From the IMG/VR virus record IMGVR_UViG_3300009031_000221, positions 288,001-352,000 of that record: a stretch of 64,000 bases of DNA. One strand, 5' to 3'. Each line of letters opens with the position of its first letter. Position 1 is the stretch's first letter. The translations under genes were made by a program, and so were the position numbers. Below the pieces are notes generated by a model, which saw only the letters and a list, made by a program, of their open reading frames with translations, made no database searches and was not told where the DNA came from. Of this stretch, positions 45,321-54,481 are shown one piece after another. This DNA is from a virus (Duplodnaviria > Caudoviricetes).

Positions 45321-45984
45321 TTTGCACCTCGAAAGCTTTGTCTACAAGCTCTTGGAATTTTACCCTTTGTGCGGCACGGGTATTTTGGAAGGCCAAATGT
45401 GCGTCATTGACGGAGAATGGGTGATCTCGGTACACCGCATCCGCCGCATATGTCGCAGCGCTTACGACTTGCCGCCCCACACTCAAATCGGTTGCGGTGA
45501 AAATGGCCTGGTATGCCGATTTAGCTGCCAGGGAAGGCACCCAATTACCGGCGTCCTCCAATGCCTGCCAAATAATACCTGTAAGGGCCTCCGCAGCATT
45601 GGCAAGCGAATCGTCACCCGTTTCCAGGTACCGTTTGACGATATCCGGGCATTCCCAAAGGTGAATCACCTGAAGGGCGCACCAACGGGCGAACTCCTTC
45701 AACAAGGGCGGAACTGGAATGCGATCCAAGTGCCTACGTTGGCTGGCGGCGTACTTGTTGACCGGCGTTCCATGTCCCACGATGGTCCCATCAAGCTCAA
45801 CGATATCCAGAGTCGACGGATAGAATGAGTATACCAAGGCATCGAAGGGATCAACGGAGGCATGAAGGCCATTCTCGCAAGGAATGATGATTCCGCCCTC
45901 GGTATAGGAATTACCTACCATGTAGATAATGTGCGATCTCCCCTGCATCGGACGACCATCCTTGCTGAACCAGTATGCCTTCAT
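45301..45984 (-). CDS. MKAYWFS-family paralog
   Basis: CENGLHASVDPFDAL, EFARWCAL, YLETGD; start set at MKAYWFS. Confidence 0.75.
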   Translation of the reverse strand: MKAYWFSKDGRPMQGRSHIIYMVGNSYTEGGIIIPCENGLHASVDPFDALVYSFYPSTLDIVELDGTIVGHGTPVNKYAASQRRHLDRIPVPPLLKEFARWCALQVIHLWECPDIVKRYLETGDDSLANAAEALTGIIWQALEDAGNWVPSLAAKSAYQAIFTATDLSVGRQVVSAATYAADAVYRDHPFSVNDAHLAFQNTRAAQRVKFQELVDKAFEVQNAERIG

Positions 45985-46202
45985 GCTTGTGCCTCGATGT
46001 TCTTGACCGTTTGATGGAACTCCGCATCCGTAAACCACAAGGACTTCAATGCAAGAATGCCCCGGGCCTTGCAGCACGTCGGGCAATCGCAACACGTCCC
46101 GCCATGAACCTTCTTGGAGGGTACGCCCTTAGCGGCGATCCAGACCTCCCAGTCTTGGGGAGTCCAGTAGAGCGTGGATACAGTTGGAACGGGGAATACC
46201 AT
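45981..46202 (-). CDS. Small Cys-containing protein
   Basis: CCDCPTC; downstream of a promoter motif. Confidence 0.6.
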   Translation of the reverse strand: MVFPVPTVSTLYWTPQDWEVWIAAKGVPSKKVHGGTCCDCPTCCKARGILALKSLWFTDAEFHQTVKNIEAQA

Positions 46203-46222
46203 GGCAGTTCTCCTACCATGTA

Positions 46223-46249
46223 TCTACGCTCGACGGGACAGAAGTAAGC
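46223..46249 (-). promoter_or_regulatory. Bipartite promoter-like motif (GCTTACTT-N12-GCGTAGA)
   Basis: Plus strand TCTACGC-N12-AAGTAAGC. Confidence 0.75.
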
Positions 46250-46259
46250 CAAGCCCCGT

Positions 46260-46721
46260 CTACTTCTTCTTCTTCGCCCCATGCAAGGCCATATATCGAG
46301 CAACCTGAGCATAGTAGGGACGTTGCCTATCTGCATGTTTGGCCACGGCAAACTTGAGCGCCGCAAGAGTAGCTACGGGGTCATCATCGGGCGCTCTGCC
46401 TTGCCGCACCTCATCCAACGGATACCTTTGTGAGGTCTCTGGATCTATCAACCCGCCGTCACCCGGCCAGTAGTTGAACGAATCCCGGTTAGGGTCTACA
46501 TCGTCATAAACATAGTAGCCTGATCCCCCAAGGATCTTGTAGGCTTCCCGCAACAGGCCGATGTCATCTGGCAGCATCCCTGCCAATGCGAACTGTACAA
46601 TGGCATCATGCTTTGCCTTTTCGGCTTCACGGATACGCTTTCGCACTCGTTTCAGTTCGATCTTCTCTTCCTCGAGGTGCCCGATGACGCTCAGGAGGTC
46701 ATTCACATTCAATCCACTCAT
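46260..46721 (-). CDS. Hypothetical protein
   Basis: Start MSGLN with GGAATG context. Confidence 0.6.
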   Translation of the reverse strand: MSGLNVNDLLSVIGHLEEEKIELKRVRKRIREAEKAKHDAIVQFALAGMLPDDIGLLREAYKILGGSGYYVYDDVDPNRDSFNYWPGDGGLIDPETSQRYPLDEVRQGRAPDDDPVATLAALKFAVAKHADRQRPYYAQVARYMALHGAKKKK

Positions 46722-47026
46722 TCCAATCCTCCCATTCCACCTTGAATCAACCCGAGGGATACGCAATCGCGAAAGAATATGACCCTAGACGGCAAGTGTT
46801 CCTTCTGCCTCAGGGTACTCATTAATACGGCGTACGCGAGTTCTGGGGGCATCGTGGTTGGATTACGGCTAGCTATGACGGCATCCGCAATCTCCCAAGC
46901 CTCCGCGGAGAACAAAGCGTAGAAACCCACGAACACAATCGTACATGCAGGCTCTTTGAACCCGTCATCCCAAGTGCGTTGAGCGGATGCCATGAACGCG
47001 GGGATATGGTGCCGAAGGTTTCCCAT
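46718..47026 (-). CDS. Hypothetical protein
   Basis: Start MGNLR just after the HslV-like stop. Confidence 0.55.
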   Translation of the reverse strand: MGNLRHHIPAFMASAQRTWDDGFKEPACTIVFVGFYALFSAEAWEIADAVIASRNPTTMPPELAYAVLMSTLRQKEHLPSRVIFFRDCVSLGLIQGGMGGLE

Positions 47027-47028
47027 AG

Positions 47029-47610
47029 CTATTTGTCCTTCTTCTTGTCCTTCTTGGACCCAAGGGCTGGGGATTCCACATAGTGGAAGGGGCCAGCTAC
47101 GGAAGCGTTGAGGCACGCAGATGCTTCCAAGGCCATTTCCAACCGGCGTTGCGGGGACATGGACATCTGTCCGGTCGTATGCAGGCTTCCTTTCGCAGAC
47201 AAATCTCCGCCACCGATTGCGGCGAAGTTGCAATGGTAGGAACTAACGTGGAAATCCTCATCAATCTCAAATAATTGACCAGCAACGCCAACGAGGATTT
47301 GCCCGCCTTCAGCCCTACCGTTTTCCGTTGTGCCCCATTTGTTCCCGATCAGGCAATTCATCAAGCTATTTACGAACTTGGTACACATGAACCGATGCAG
47401 TTCGCTAGGATCATCGGGTGGATCCATCGGATCAAAGGAGTATTGCAGGATTTGCCCCATGCGGAAGGAACTCGTGAATCCCATCACATAGGAACCGTGG
47501 GTGAATACCTTCGGTTCCCGGATGATGTGCAAGTCATATTCCGCTGTGCCGGCGCTATCTCCGCCCAAGTAGACGGTTTTACCGTCCGTGATACCTACGA
47601 TGCAAGTCAT
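47029..47610 (-). CDS. HslV/proteasome-beta-like Ntn (Thr) protease
   Basis: M-T-CIVG, GGDS, KVF, G..SS.R.GQ, AIG.G...A.G.L, ALEA....ASV.GPF. Confidence 0.8.
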   Translation of the reverse strand: MTCIVGITDGKTVYLGGDSAGTAEYDLHIIREPKVFTHGSYVMGFTSSFRMGQILQYSFDPMDPPDDPSELHRFMCTKFVNSLMNCLIGNKWGTTENGRAEGGQILVGVAGQLFEIDEDFHVSSYHCNFAAIGGGDLSAKGSLHTTGQMSMSPQRRLEMALEASACLNASVAGPFHYVESPALGSKKDKKKDK

Positions 47611-47816
47611 TGATTACCTCCTGGTTTCTCTGGCATGATGGACAGGCGGCTGACCTCATCTCGACTGAAACCCAAGTCCTTGAGGCGTTGTGCCGCACGG
47701 TTGTTGAGTTCCGCATATCTACCCGCATCGCTGGCCTTATCAGGCTGCACTATGTCGTTCAACAACCTACGCAGTTCTTCCATCGGGGTTTCGTCATCGT
47801 CCCTGAAGTGTCCCAT
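47607..47816 (-). CDS. Hypothetical protein
   Basis: ATGA coupling. Confidence 0.55.
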   Translation of the reverse strand: MGHFRDDDETPMEELRRLLNDIVQPDKASDAGRYAELNNRAAQRLKDLGFSRDEVSRLSIMPEKPGGNQ

Positions 47817-48080
47817 CTATTTGCACCATAGGGTGGTAGGACCACCCTGATAAGAACCTATCCAAACCAAGCGGCATGTGACAGGTTTGCCGTTTTCCGT
47901 TGTGTGGTAATCGAACTCCACAGCAGCGTTTGGCACGCTAGTGCCTCCAGGAATATCGGGGATATGCCGAATCGTGTGATGGAGTTCTACCACGGCTTGA
48001 TCCGGCTCTGCTGGACAAGTGGTGTTGCCCGTACATGCCATCAACAGGCATCCTACTAGGAGGATCTTAGGGGTATACAT
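47817..48080 (-). CDS. Putative lipoprotein
   Basis: MYTPK-hydrophobic-LMAC lipobox; C-terminal CR.VW.G...GG.TTLWC. Confidence 0.55.
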   Translation of the reverse strand: MYTPKILLVGCLLMACTGNTTCPAEPDQAVVELHHTIRHIPDIPGGTSVPNAAVEFDYHTTENGKPVTCRLVWIGSYQGGPTTLWCK

Positions 48081-48273
48081 ACCAACCCTCCTCCGAGACG
48101 TTGAATCCCAGGGCTTCGAGTGCCTTCTCATCCTCGGGGGTCAGGCCTTGAGGGGCATCCTCAGGGCAAATGTGGATGATGTCATGATCCGCCCCGCCGA
48201 GGGATGTATCCAGACCTTCGGGGAGGTACTTGGCCAGGATATCCAGGCCGGCGGCAAAGTTCTTGAAAGTCAT
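48067..48273 (-). CDS. Hypothetical protein, paralog of 49122
   Basis: MTF.N...GL.ILAKY.PEG...LGF.....GWY. Confidence 0.65.
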   Translation of the reverse strand: MTFKNFAAGLDILAKYLPEGLDTSLGGADHDIIHICPEDAPQGLTPEDEKALEALGFNVSEEGWYVYP

Positions 48274-48285
48274 GTCATTGCTCCT

Positions 48286-48576
48286 TTAGTGTGCGTCCCA
48301 TTTAGCGGTGAATCCGATTTTCGTCCAAATCTCATGTTCCCTCTTCAAATTGGTGCGGGAATGACGCAGGCATCCCTTGAACCGCTTGTTCACCCAGGCC
48401 AGGTACCGGTCACGGATCACTTCATAGGAGTCCGTTACGGGGGCGTCGAAGCCATCCTTCTCCACGTCAATACCCAAGATTTCGTAGGTAGCCACCGTCG
48501 GCGTTTGGTACAACCGGGTGATTTCGTGCTTGGCGCCCAAGGGGTGCTCGTAGTATAGGTAGACATTCATTGACAT
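48286..48576 (-). CDS. Hypothetical protein
   Basis: Start MSMNV coupled to upstream stop. Confidence 0.55.
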   Translation of the reverse strand: MSMNVYLYYEHPLGAKHEITRLYQTPTVATYEILGIDVEKDGFDAPVTDSYEVIRDRYLAWVNKRFKGCLRHSRTNLKREHEIWTKIGFTAKWDAH

Positions 48577-48857
48577 TATTCCGCATCCTCCTTCGCGTAC
48601 CATTCCGCCCAAGGCGTCCCGGGTAGGGGCCATTTATCATCCAGGATGTCGAGGCACGTTCGATGGACAGATGGCGCCGGGCAAGTACGTCCAGAGTCTG
48701 TCCAGTCATATGCCAAGCATTTCAGATGTTTGGACTTCGGATGCTCCTTCTGGGCTGCACGAATCACCTCAAGCATCTGATCCGCTGGGCAATGCCCGTC
48801 ATCATCATGCTCAACGGGGAGATCCGCAAGTTGCTTGATCCATTCCTTTTCGGTCAT
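48576..48857 (-). CDS. Hypothetical protein
   Basis: ATGA coupling. Confidence 0.55.
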   Translation of the reverse strand: MTEKEWIKQLADLPVEHDDDGHCPADQMLEVIRAAQKEHPKSKHLKCLAYDWTDSGRTCPAPSVHRTCLDILDDKWPLPGTPWAEWYAKEDAE

Positions 48858-49174
48858 GGTTCACCTTTCCAATCTTTGCGTTCGGCGTGGAACGCACGGC
48901 CGCAGTTGTTACACAAGGGCAATTTGGAGTCGGCGTCCGACCAATTCGCGTAGCGATTCTTGGTGTCAGGCCATTGGACGATGCCACAGAACGAAGAAGC
49001 AAAGCCCGACACGGCTCCATTCGTATATTCGATGAACAAATGTGCGACATTGCCATTCCGCGTCTTGCGGACGGTTACGGCTTCTAACGGGAACGCCCCA
49101 TCAGGCCAATGTGGTTCACGACTAGTCGCCATTGATGTACCATCCCGTTGTGTTCCAGGAGAAGCCCAAAACAT
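48854..49174 (-). CDS. Hypothetical protein with Zn-binding motif
   Basis: AHL...SFCG...LC.NC. Confidence 0.55.
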   Translation of the reverse strand: MFWASPGTQRDGTSMATSREPHWPDGAFPLEAVTVRKTRNGNVAHLFIEYTNGAVSGFASSFCGIVQWPDTKNRYANWSDADSKLPLCNNCGRAFHAERKDWKGEP

Positions 49175-49352
49175 TCAAGAGATTCTTATCCAAATTCGTG
49201 ATCCCGGGGTGTCCTTTCCTGCGTCCAATGTCGGATGGGGCCACGTAGATGACTTTGTCATTGTATGCCAAGCCCATAAACTTGGTCTTCATCCCTTCGG
49301 GGTCGTACTTGGCGAGGATGGCGAGGCCTTTGGTCAGGTTGTCAAATGTCAT
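49122..49352 (-). CDS. Hypothetical protein, paralog of 48067
   Basis: MTFDNLTKGLAILAKYDPEG. Confidence 0.65.
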   Translation of the reverse strand: MTFDNLTKGLAILAKYDPEGMKTKFMGLAYNDKVIYVAPSDIGRRKGHPGITNLDKNLLNVLGFSWNTTGWYINGD

Positions 49353-49951
49353 GGCGTAATCTCCTTTCGTTTCCTTTTGTGCCACTGTGCTACGGGGCCG
49401 AACCGTTCCTCGAGATCCGCGATGCACTTCTTGGCACGGGTCACTTGTTCTTCGGTGTCCCAAGCAATGACCATGTACAGGGTTTCCCGAATCCCGGCAA
49501 GCCACTCAGGCCTTACGTTATCCGGCACCGTGCAACACGGCGAATGGTGCGTGCTAATGGCATGGAAATGAAGGATTGGCTCCTTCGGTGGGTACATCTT
49601 GTGGCGTAGGGCATTCTCGCGTTGTTTCGGTGTGCGACTAATGGCACGGGAACGACGATCCTGGAGGATGCGTTCGATTCCCTGGGGCGTCCGCTTCCTG
49701 TCAGGACAGAACCGAAGGGGGTTGAGTTTGTCCTCCCATCGGAAATGGACATATCGTTCCCATTTATTCAGCCTTTTGAACTCTTCTTCGCGTTGTGCTG
49801 TGTTCAGTCCATCCGTTCGTAGCCCGTCTTTCCAATCGAACTCAGTCCCAAACGCAAGGAACAAACGGTCTAGCACGTCCGCCCTGCAGTGATACAGGGT
49901 CGGCCAGTACTTGACCATGTTGATCATGGTGCGTGTGAGGCTATTGGGCAT
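49349..49951 (-). CDS. Hypothetical protein
   Basis: 200-aa ORF in coupled run. Confidence 0.6.
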   Translation of the reverse strand: MPNSLTRTMINMVKYWPTLYHCRADVLDRLFLAFGTEFDWKDGLRTDGLNTAQREEEFKRLNKWERYVHFRWEDKLNPLRFCPDRKRTPQGIERILQDRRSRAISRTPKQRENALRHKMYPPKEPILHFHAISTHHSPCCTVPDNVRPEWLAGIRETLYMVIAWDTEEQVTRAKKCIADLEERFGPVAQWHKRKRKEITP

Positions 49952-50128
49952 TTACTTCCCTACCTTGAATGTCCTGAATCGGTTGGCCTCAACAGCGGCA
50001 TGCGCTTGGGGGTTACGGAAGGCATACCATGTCATCCCTAGCCACGTGTAGAACTCCTTCCGAATGGTGTTCTCCGGGGACGGCTCCTTGTTGATATCCT
50101 GGGCATACCAAAGGTGGTGCTTCTTCAT
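49952..50128 (-). CDS. Small hypothetical protein
   Basis: Start MKKHH, ATGA-coupled. Confidence 0.5.
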   Translation of the reverse strand: MKKHHLWYAQDINKEPSPENTIRKEFYTWLGMTWYAFRNPQAHAAVEANRFRTFKVGK

Positions 50129-50556
50129 GGATTTTCGCTCCTGGGGAGGGTCTGAAGTGCCCCCAACTCGACACCGCGACCGGCTGCGATGTCCGCAAGG
50201 TTCACAACTGCCGTAGCACAACCATAGCGGAAAGCATCTCCATCTTGGATCTTGACGTACGCCGGCCCCATAGTTGTGGTCACGCCGCCATCTTTCAGGC
50301 GCACTTTGTCCCCCACCAGGACATTGGCATTCCAAGTATTCACATGGGTCTGTGCCGTATCGATCTGCTTGGCAATGTCCGCTGTGGATGGGTGCCGGAA
50401 TCCGGCACGTCGGCATGCGAGTCCCGCCAAGACATCATCCGCATAGCTCATGGCTCCGTAGGCATTACGGTCACCCCGACCAACCAACGCTGCCTCAACC
50501 ATGCGGAGCCAGATGACTTCATCACTTTGGGAGAACCCTGTCATAGCCGACCTCAA
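50125..50556 (-). CDS. Hypothetical protein
   Basis: Downstream of a promoter motif. Confidence 0.6.
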   Translation of the reverse strand: MRSAMTGFSQSDEVIWLRMVEAALVGRGDRNAYGAMSYADDVLAGLACRRAGFRHPSTADIAKQIDTAQTHVNTWNANVLVGDKVRLKDGGVTTTMGPAYVKIQDGDAFRYGCATAVVNLADIAAGRGVELGALQTLPRSENP

Positions 50557-50580
50557 TCACCCTGTCTACGGGCTGGGCTG

Positions 50581-50607
50581 TCTACGCGGATTGGGCTAGA
50601 AGTAAGT
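50581..50607 (-). promoter_or_regulatory. Bipartite promoter-like motif (ACTTACTT-N12-GCGTAGA)
   Basis: Plus strand TCTACGC-N12-AAGTAAGT; overlaps end of upstream ORF. Confidence 0.75.
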
Positions 50608-50953
50608 CCTGCTTGAGAACGACTTCCGCCGCATCCGAGGCTGCATCGAATGACGGGAATTCCTTAGGAGCATTGCCTATCGGGTTGCCGTTCATCAAGT
50701 ACTTTCGCGGGCGGGACGGGATGCACATGTATTGCTGATCGAAGCATGATTCAGTCGGGAAACTCACGATGAATGTGTCATCCAACGGTTCCACGAATGC
50801 GGCAGCCCTCTGTGTGTTGTGCGAATACCTGACATAGTAACGATTACCCTCTGTTGATGGCACAGGGATCCATAAAGGTTTGTCCTTATGAGGTCTTTCC
50901 ACATAGGCTACCATCAACAGAAACAGGGCAATGGCTTCTACGTCCGTGTTCAT
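50582..50953 (-). CDS. Hypothetical protein
   Basis: ATGA coupling. Confidence 0.6.
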   Translation of the reverse strand: MNTDVEAIALFLLMVAYVERPHKDKPLWIPVPSTEGNRYYVRYSHNTQRAAAFVEPLDDTFIVSFPTESCFDQQYMCIPSRPRKYLMNGNPIGNAPKEFPSFDAASDAAEVVLKQDLLLAQSA

Positions 50954-51390
50954 ACGGTAAACACTTCCACCGTGCCGTGGTCAACAACAACCACACAGAT
51001 GGCGTCAGGGCCTGCATCCAGCATCTTCTGCTTCGTATCGGGGTCAATGTGACCTACGATGGTCGTCATGCCTTCACGGGCTGCCAAGCCTCGAGCGAAA
51101 GGAACTTGCCCTGCATCTCGCACCGCCTGCCAATCGAATCCAGGCATGAGGGCGTCCGCGATCTCGGCTCCGTAAGGGGCATCGACATGAATCAGGACGA
51201 TGCACACTTCGCTGGGGGAATTGCCCAGATCCTTGATGCGCTGAATGAAGTGCTGCACACGATCGAGTTGGATGTCCATCGTGTTGAAACAGTTGTGCTT
51301 GGCTACTGCCTTGAATAAGGCAAGAGCATCCGGGTCATCCAGATACAGTTCGCCAGTCTCTGGGTGTTTACGTACAACGGCCTGGGTCAT
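50950..51390 (-). CDS. Hypothetical protein
   Basis: GGAGG RBS, downstream of a promoter motif. Confidence 0.7.
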   Translation of the reverse strand: MTQAVVRKHPETGELYLDDPDALALFKAVAKHNCFNTMDIQLDRVQHFIQRIKDLGNSPSEVCIVLIHVDAPYGAEIADALMPGFDWQAVRDAGQVPFARGLAAREGMTTIVGHIDPDTKQKMLDAGPDAICVVVVDHGTVEVFTV

Positions 51391-51407
51391 GGTGTCCTCC
51401 AGGTTGT

Positions 51408-51434
51408 TATACGCACTAGGGGCTAGAAGTAAGC
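51408..51434 (-). promoter_or_regulatory. Bipartite promoter-like motif (GCTTACTT-N12-GCGTATA)
   Basis: Abuts the stop of the last array gene. Confidence 0.7.
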
Positions 51435-51680
51435 CTATCGTAGCTCATGATCATATTCATAGATCACGCCCGGGTCAGAATACCGCAGGACGCTGAATTC
51501 ATCCCGCATTATCCAGGTGTTCAATGCATCTACCTGGAGTAGAGAATGATCTGTCCACACTTCACCCTCATTGGATGGCAAGTAGATCCCCCGAAGATCC
51601 TTTCGGTTAGGTTCTGACCTGGGTTCCATGGTGCCTGTGGAAGTATCGAAGGACTTGTTGGTGTCATACCATTGCGTCAT
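51435..51680 (-). CDS. WxDxxK-array member
   Basis: QWYDTNKSF, EGEV, MRD. Confidence 0.7.
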   Translation of the reverse strand: MTQWYDTNKSFDTSTGTMEPRSEPNRKDLRGIYLPSNEGEVWTDHSLLQVDALNTWIMRDEFSVLRYSDPGVIYEYDHELR

Positions 51681-51684
51681 AGGG

Positions 51685-51933
51685 TCACCATTTAAGTTTG
51701 TCATCCCAAGGAAGCAAATGGCGGATTGAACTGTCCAGATTATGATAGGTATCCCGAATGCGATGAATCTTCTGATCCGATGCTAGTAACGAGAAATCCT
51801 CGAACACACGCCCTTCGCCCTGAGGAATAGGGTCGGGGTCATTGGATTCTATAGGGTAGCCCGCCTCCCCGAATTCCTTGGTGGTGTCATACCAGCATTG
51901 CATGCTAATCGCCCTCATACAGGACAATGACAT
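51685..51933 (-). CDS. WxDxxK-array member
   Basis: CWYDTTKEF, EGRVF, IRD. Confidence 0.7.
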   Translation of the reverse strand: MSLSCMRAISMQCWYDTTKEFGEAGYPIESNDPDPIPQGEGRVFEDFSLLASDQKIHRIRDTYHNLDSSIRHLLPWDDKLKW

Positions 51934-52117
51934 CCTTATCCAAGACTACATAGGGATCTCGAATGGATCTAACGTGTATTTCGGAATTCGTTATGGAGTA
52001 ATCCGGGAATACACGTCCTTCTGCGGTATCGAATCTATTATCTTCTGCCCCGGCATTCACAGGGTCTAGAGGGCTCGTGGATCCGAATCTTTTGAGGGTG
52101 TCATACCAGCTATTCAT
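51905..52117 (-). CDS. WxDxxK-array member
   Basis: SWYDTLKRF, EGRVFP, IRD. Confidence 0.7.
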   Translation of the reverse strand: MNSWYDTLKRFGSTSPLDPVNAGAEDNRFDTAEGRVFPDYSITNSEIHVRSIRDPYVVLDKDVIVLYEGD

Positions 52118-52437
52118 CGTTTGTGCCTATAGAGGTAGCCGGTGCCTACTTGTGGTGTTCCGGATTCCAGTTCTGTATGATCGTTCAGAATCCGCATAAT
52201 GATTCCGAGGGGCTCAGGATCCCAACACTCTACAGTCGTCACATCATCCAAATAGCTTGTTTCACCATCTAATAGGCATGCCCCGGTATCGATAGCGGAA
52301 CTGACACTCGACTTGAATTGCTTGTGCTTGTCCGACCAGTTGTGGCTAAATATCCATGTCTTTTCTAGGTCATTCATGGGGTTCCACGCTGAAATATCGG
52401 TCATTGCCAAAGCCATCATCATCCGGCACGGATGCAA
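52114..52437 (-). CDS. WxDxxK-array member
   Basis: NWSDKHKQF. Confidence 0.7.
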   Translation of the reverse strand: MHPCRMMMALAMTDISAWNPMNDLEKTWIFSHNWSDKHKQFKSSVSSAIDTGACLLDGETSYLDDVTTVECWDPEPLGIIMRILNDHTELESGTPQVGTGYLYRHKR

Positions 52438-52660
52438 CCTCTAACTTTGTGTCATCGTATAGGTACTGCATGATTACTTCAATCGGGCGTGGATCATCGT
52501 AGTAATCGCTAATATCCTCATCCAAACGATCCATATCTCCCACCACCAACTTGGATACAGAATCTTCCCCCTTGATATTGATGTCCCCTTCAAAGTGCTT
52601 GGACTGATCCGACCAGTTACGGCTGAAGGTGATATTTCTAGCCCTGAGGGAAGTATTCAT
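52370..52660 (-). CDS. WxDxxK-array member
   Basis: NWSDQSKHF. Confidence 0.7.
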   Translation of the reverse strand: MNTSLRARNITFSRNWSDQSKHFEGDINIKGEDSVSKLVVGDMDRLDEDISDYYDDPRPIEVIMQYLYDDTKLEVASVPDDDGFGNDRYFSVEPHE

Positions 52661-52944
52661 CAGGTACGCTCATACCTGAGGCTGAATGAACCTAAAGGGA
52701 CCTCCGCCATCTCAAGGGTGGATAGGTCTATCAGGTGTTTCTTGTTGACAGGGATCATGCCATGATCATTTAGACGAGCCTTCATGTCATCCCGTACAAA
52801 GGGATTCTCCCAATTAGACAGCCTTGATGCCGTGTCATCCTCGTAATTCGTAAATGATTCGAACTCTTTGCCTGCATCCGACCATTGGTAGAACGTCGTT
52901 GGGTTTAGACGATACTCGAATTTATTCATCGGGCACCCTTCCAA
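52660..52944 (-). CDS. WxDxxK-array member
   Basis: QWSDAGKEF. Confidence 0.7.
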   Translation of the reverse strand: MEGCPMNKFEYRLNPTTFYQWSDAGKEFESFTNYEDDTASRLSNWENPFVRDDMKARLNDHGMIPVNKKHLIDLSTLEMAEVPLGSFSLRYERT

Positions 52945-53297
52945 ATATCACCGGGATCCGCAACCTCTAGGAACGTGTTGTCTGGCAAAGGTATCTTATA
53001 GATGGGGATCAGATCGGGATCGGTTATCCAAGTATTTCTATCGCGTACCGCAAGAATATCTTCCCCCCGGTTCAATCTCGACACGGAATCAAGTCCGAAG
53101 TCCACAGTGGAGTAAAAATGCTTATCACAGTCCGACCAGATGGATCTATGTGTCATGTCACGGGGTTGTTCTAGGCTAATACTACTCATGTGGGTGTAGC
53201 AACAATCCTGTGTGGCTGTATTCCTTGATGCGTCCCTCAAGGGGGTTGAGGGCGTCCTCTTGATCCTCCACAGCACCTGAATATTCAGGCACGCCAC
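52926..53297 (-). CDS. WxDxxK-array member (true start probably internal)
   Basis: IWSDCDKHF. Confidence 0.65.
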   Translation of the reverse strand: MACLNIQVLWRIKRTPSTPLRDASRNTATQDCCYTHMSSISLEQPRDMTHRSIWSDCDKHFYSTVDFGLDSVSRLNRGEDILAVRDRNTWITDPDLIPIYKIPLPDNTFLEVADPGDIWKGAR

Positions 53298-53403
53298 GGG
53301 TCAAGATGAAACCCTCGGTATCGGCCATGGTCATGCCAATCACCGCACCGTAGCGCTTCAGGTCATCCCACCATACGTTTCTATCTGGTTGTTGTCCGTT
53401 CAT
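53182..53403 (-). CDS. WxDxxK-array member
   Basis: WWDDLKRY. Confidence 0.65.
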   Translation of the reverse strand: MNGQQPDRNVWWDDLKRYGAVIGMTMADTEGFILTRGVPEYSGAVEDQEDALNPLEGRIKEYSHTGLLLHPHE

Positions 53404-53615
53404 ATTGCCTCATAGTCGGCCTTGTCTCGAAGCCTCCGGGGATCGTCATCGCTGTCAAGTTTCCTTGCGTCATGTTCATGGGATATATCCGTGGAGAAAT
53501 CTATTACTGACGATTCATAATCAGGTATGAACTTCTGGTAATGAACCACGCTGCAATTGTTATTGTAGTCATAGCCATAGCGTTTCGTTTGGTCGAACCA
53601 ACTCATTGTTGCCAT
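53400..53615 (-). CDS. WxDxxK-array member
   Basis: SWFDQTKRY, DPRRLRD. Confidence 0.7.
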   Translation of the reverse strand: MATMSWFDQTKRYGYDYNNNCSVVHYQKFIPDYESSVIDFSTDISHEHDARKLDSDDDPRRLRDKADYEAI

Positions 53616-53617
53616 GA

Positions 53618-53833
53618 CTAGTATATCACCTCATCCCGGAGTTTACGCCCGTCATCCATGTTGGATAGCCATCGGCCATCACTTTTCCACAAGGAGTTTG
53701 CGCTACCCTTCATGGAGTTATCATTGAGCGTTTGGTTGTCCCGAAAATAGAGATTGGAGGGAAATACTTTCCCTCCCCCGCGGGATTCCAGGTGGAAGCT
53801 CTTCGATTGATCCGACCATGCCCAGTCTACCAT
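53618..53833 (-). CDS. WxDxxK-array member
   Basis: AWSDQSKSF, GKVFP, GRKLRD. Confidence 0.7.
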   Translation of the reverse strand: MVDWAWSDQSKSFHLESRGGGKVFPSNLYFRDNQTLNDNSMKGSANSLWKSDGRWLSNMDDGRKLRDEVIY

Positions 53834-54036
53834 GATTCCCCCTTGTCCCGAATCCTTCTAGGGTCATGTTCACCCCCGATTGTCTTAGGTTCCGTTTCCC
53901 AATCGATTTCCCCATCCCCAAAGATCTCTATGAACCCCTTCTCCACGAGGTACCTAGGGTATCGCACCCGCCCTTCCCCATAGGAGTCCCCGCTATACCC
54001 CTTCAAGGAATCAAACCAGGACATACCTTGCATCAT
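53827..54036 (-). CDS. WxDxxK-array member
   Basis: SWFDSLKGY, EGRV, DPRRIRD. Confidence 0.7.
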   Translation of the reverse strand: MMQGMSWFDSLKGYSGDSYGEGRVRYPRYLVEKGFIEIFGDGEIDWETEPKTIGGEHDPRRIRDKGESW

Positions 54037-54038
54037 AG

Positions 54039-54245
54039 CTATATCGCGTCCCGAAGCATTTTAGGGTCATCCCTAAACTCGAGGATGATTCTGGGTTCTG
54101 CCCTCTCATCGATTTCACAATCTTCATATTCAGATAGGGCATGTCGTCGCTCATCTACTAGGTATCTAGGAGGATGCACCCTTCCTTCCATCCATCCCCC
54201 GGTGAATTTCTTGGCCTGATCTGACCATGCCCATGCTCCAATCAT
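54039..54245 (-). CDS. WxDxxK-array member
   Basis: AWSDQAKKF, EGRV, DPKMLRD. Confidence 0.7.
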   Translation of the reverse strand: MIGAWAWSDQAKKFTGGWMEGRVHPPRYLVDERRHALSEYEDCEIDERAEPRIILEFRDDPKMLRDAI

Positions 54246-54481
54246 CGGTTTTCCTTCTCATAATTGTCATTGATTCTTCGCCCTTCGTCGAAGATCTCGA
54301 GGGCATCACGTTCCCAGTCAAATTCGGGTTCCGTATCTACATCGTACAAGGATTGATCCCCTAATAGGTAGCGCATAGGGTATACCTTCCCTTCCAACAC
54401 ATCGAAACCAAGCTGTCCTTCTGACGGACAGTAGAAGCGTTTCGTTTGGTCATGCCATGACCTTTCTAGCATGATTCGCAC
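54242..54481 (-). CDS. WxDxxK-array member
   Basis: SWHDQTKRF, EGKVYP. Confidence 0.7.
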   Translation of the reverse strand: MRIMLERSWHDQTKRFYCPSEGQLGFDVLEGKVYPMRYLLGDQSLYDVDTEPEFDWERDALEIFDEGRRINDNYEKENR

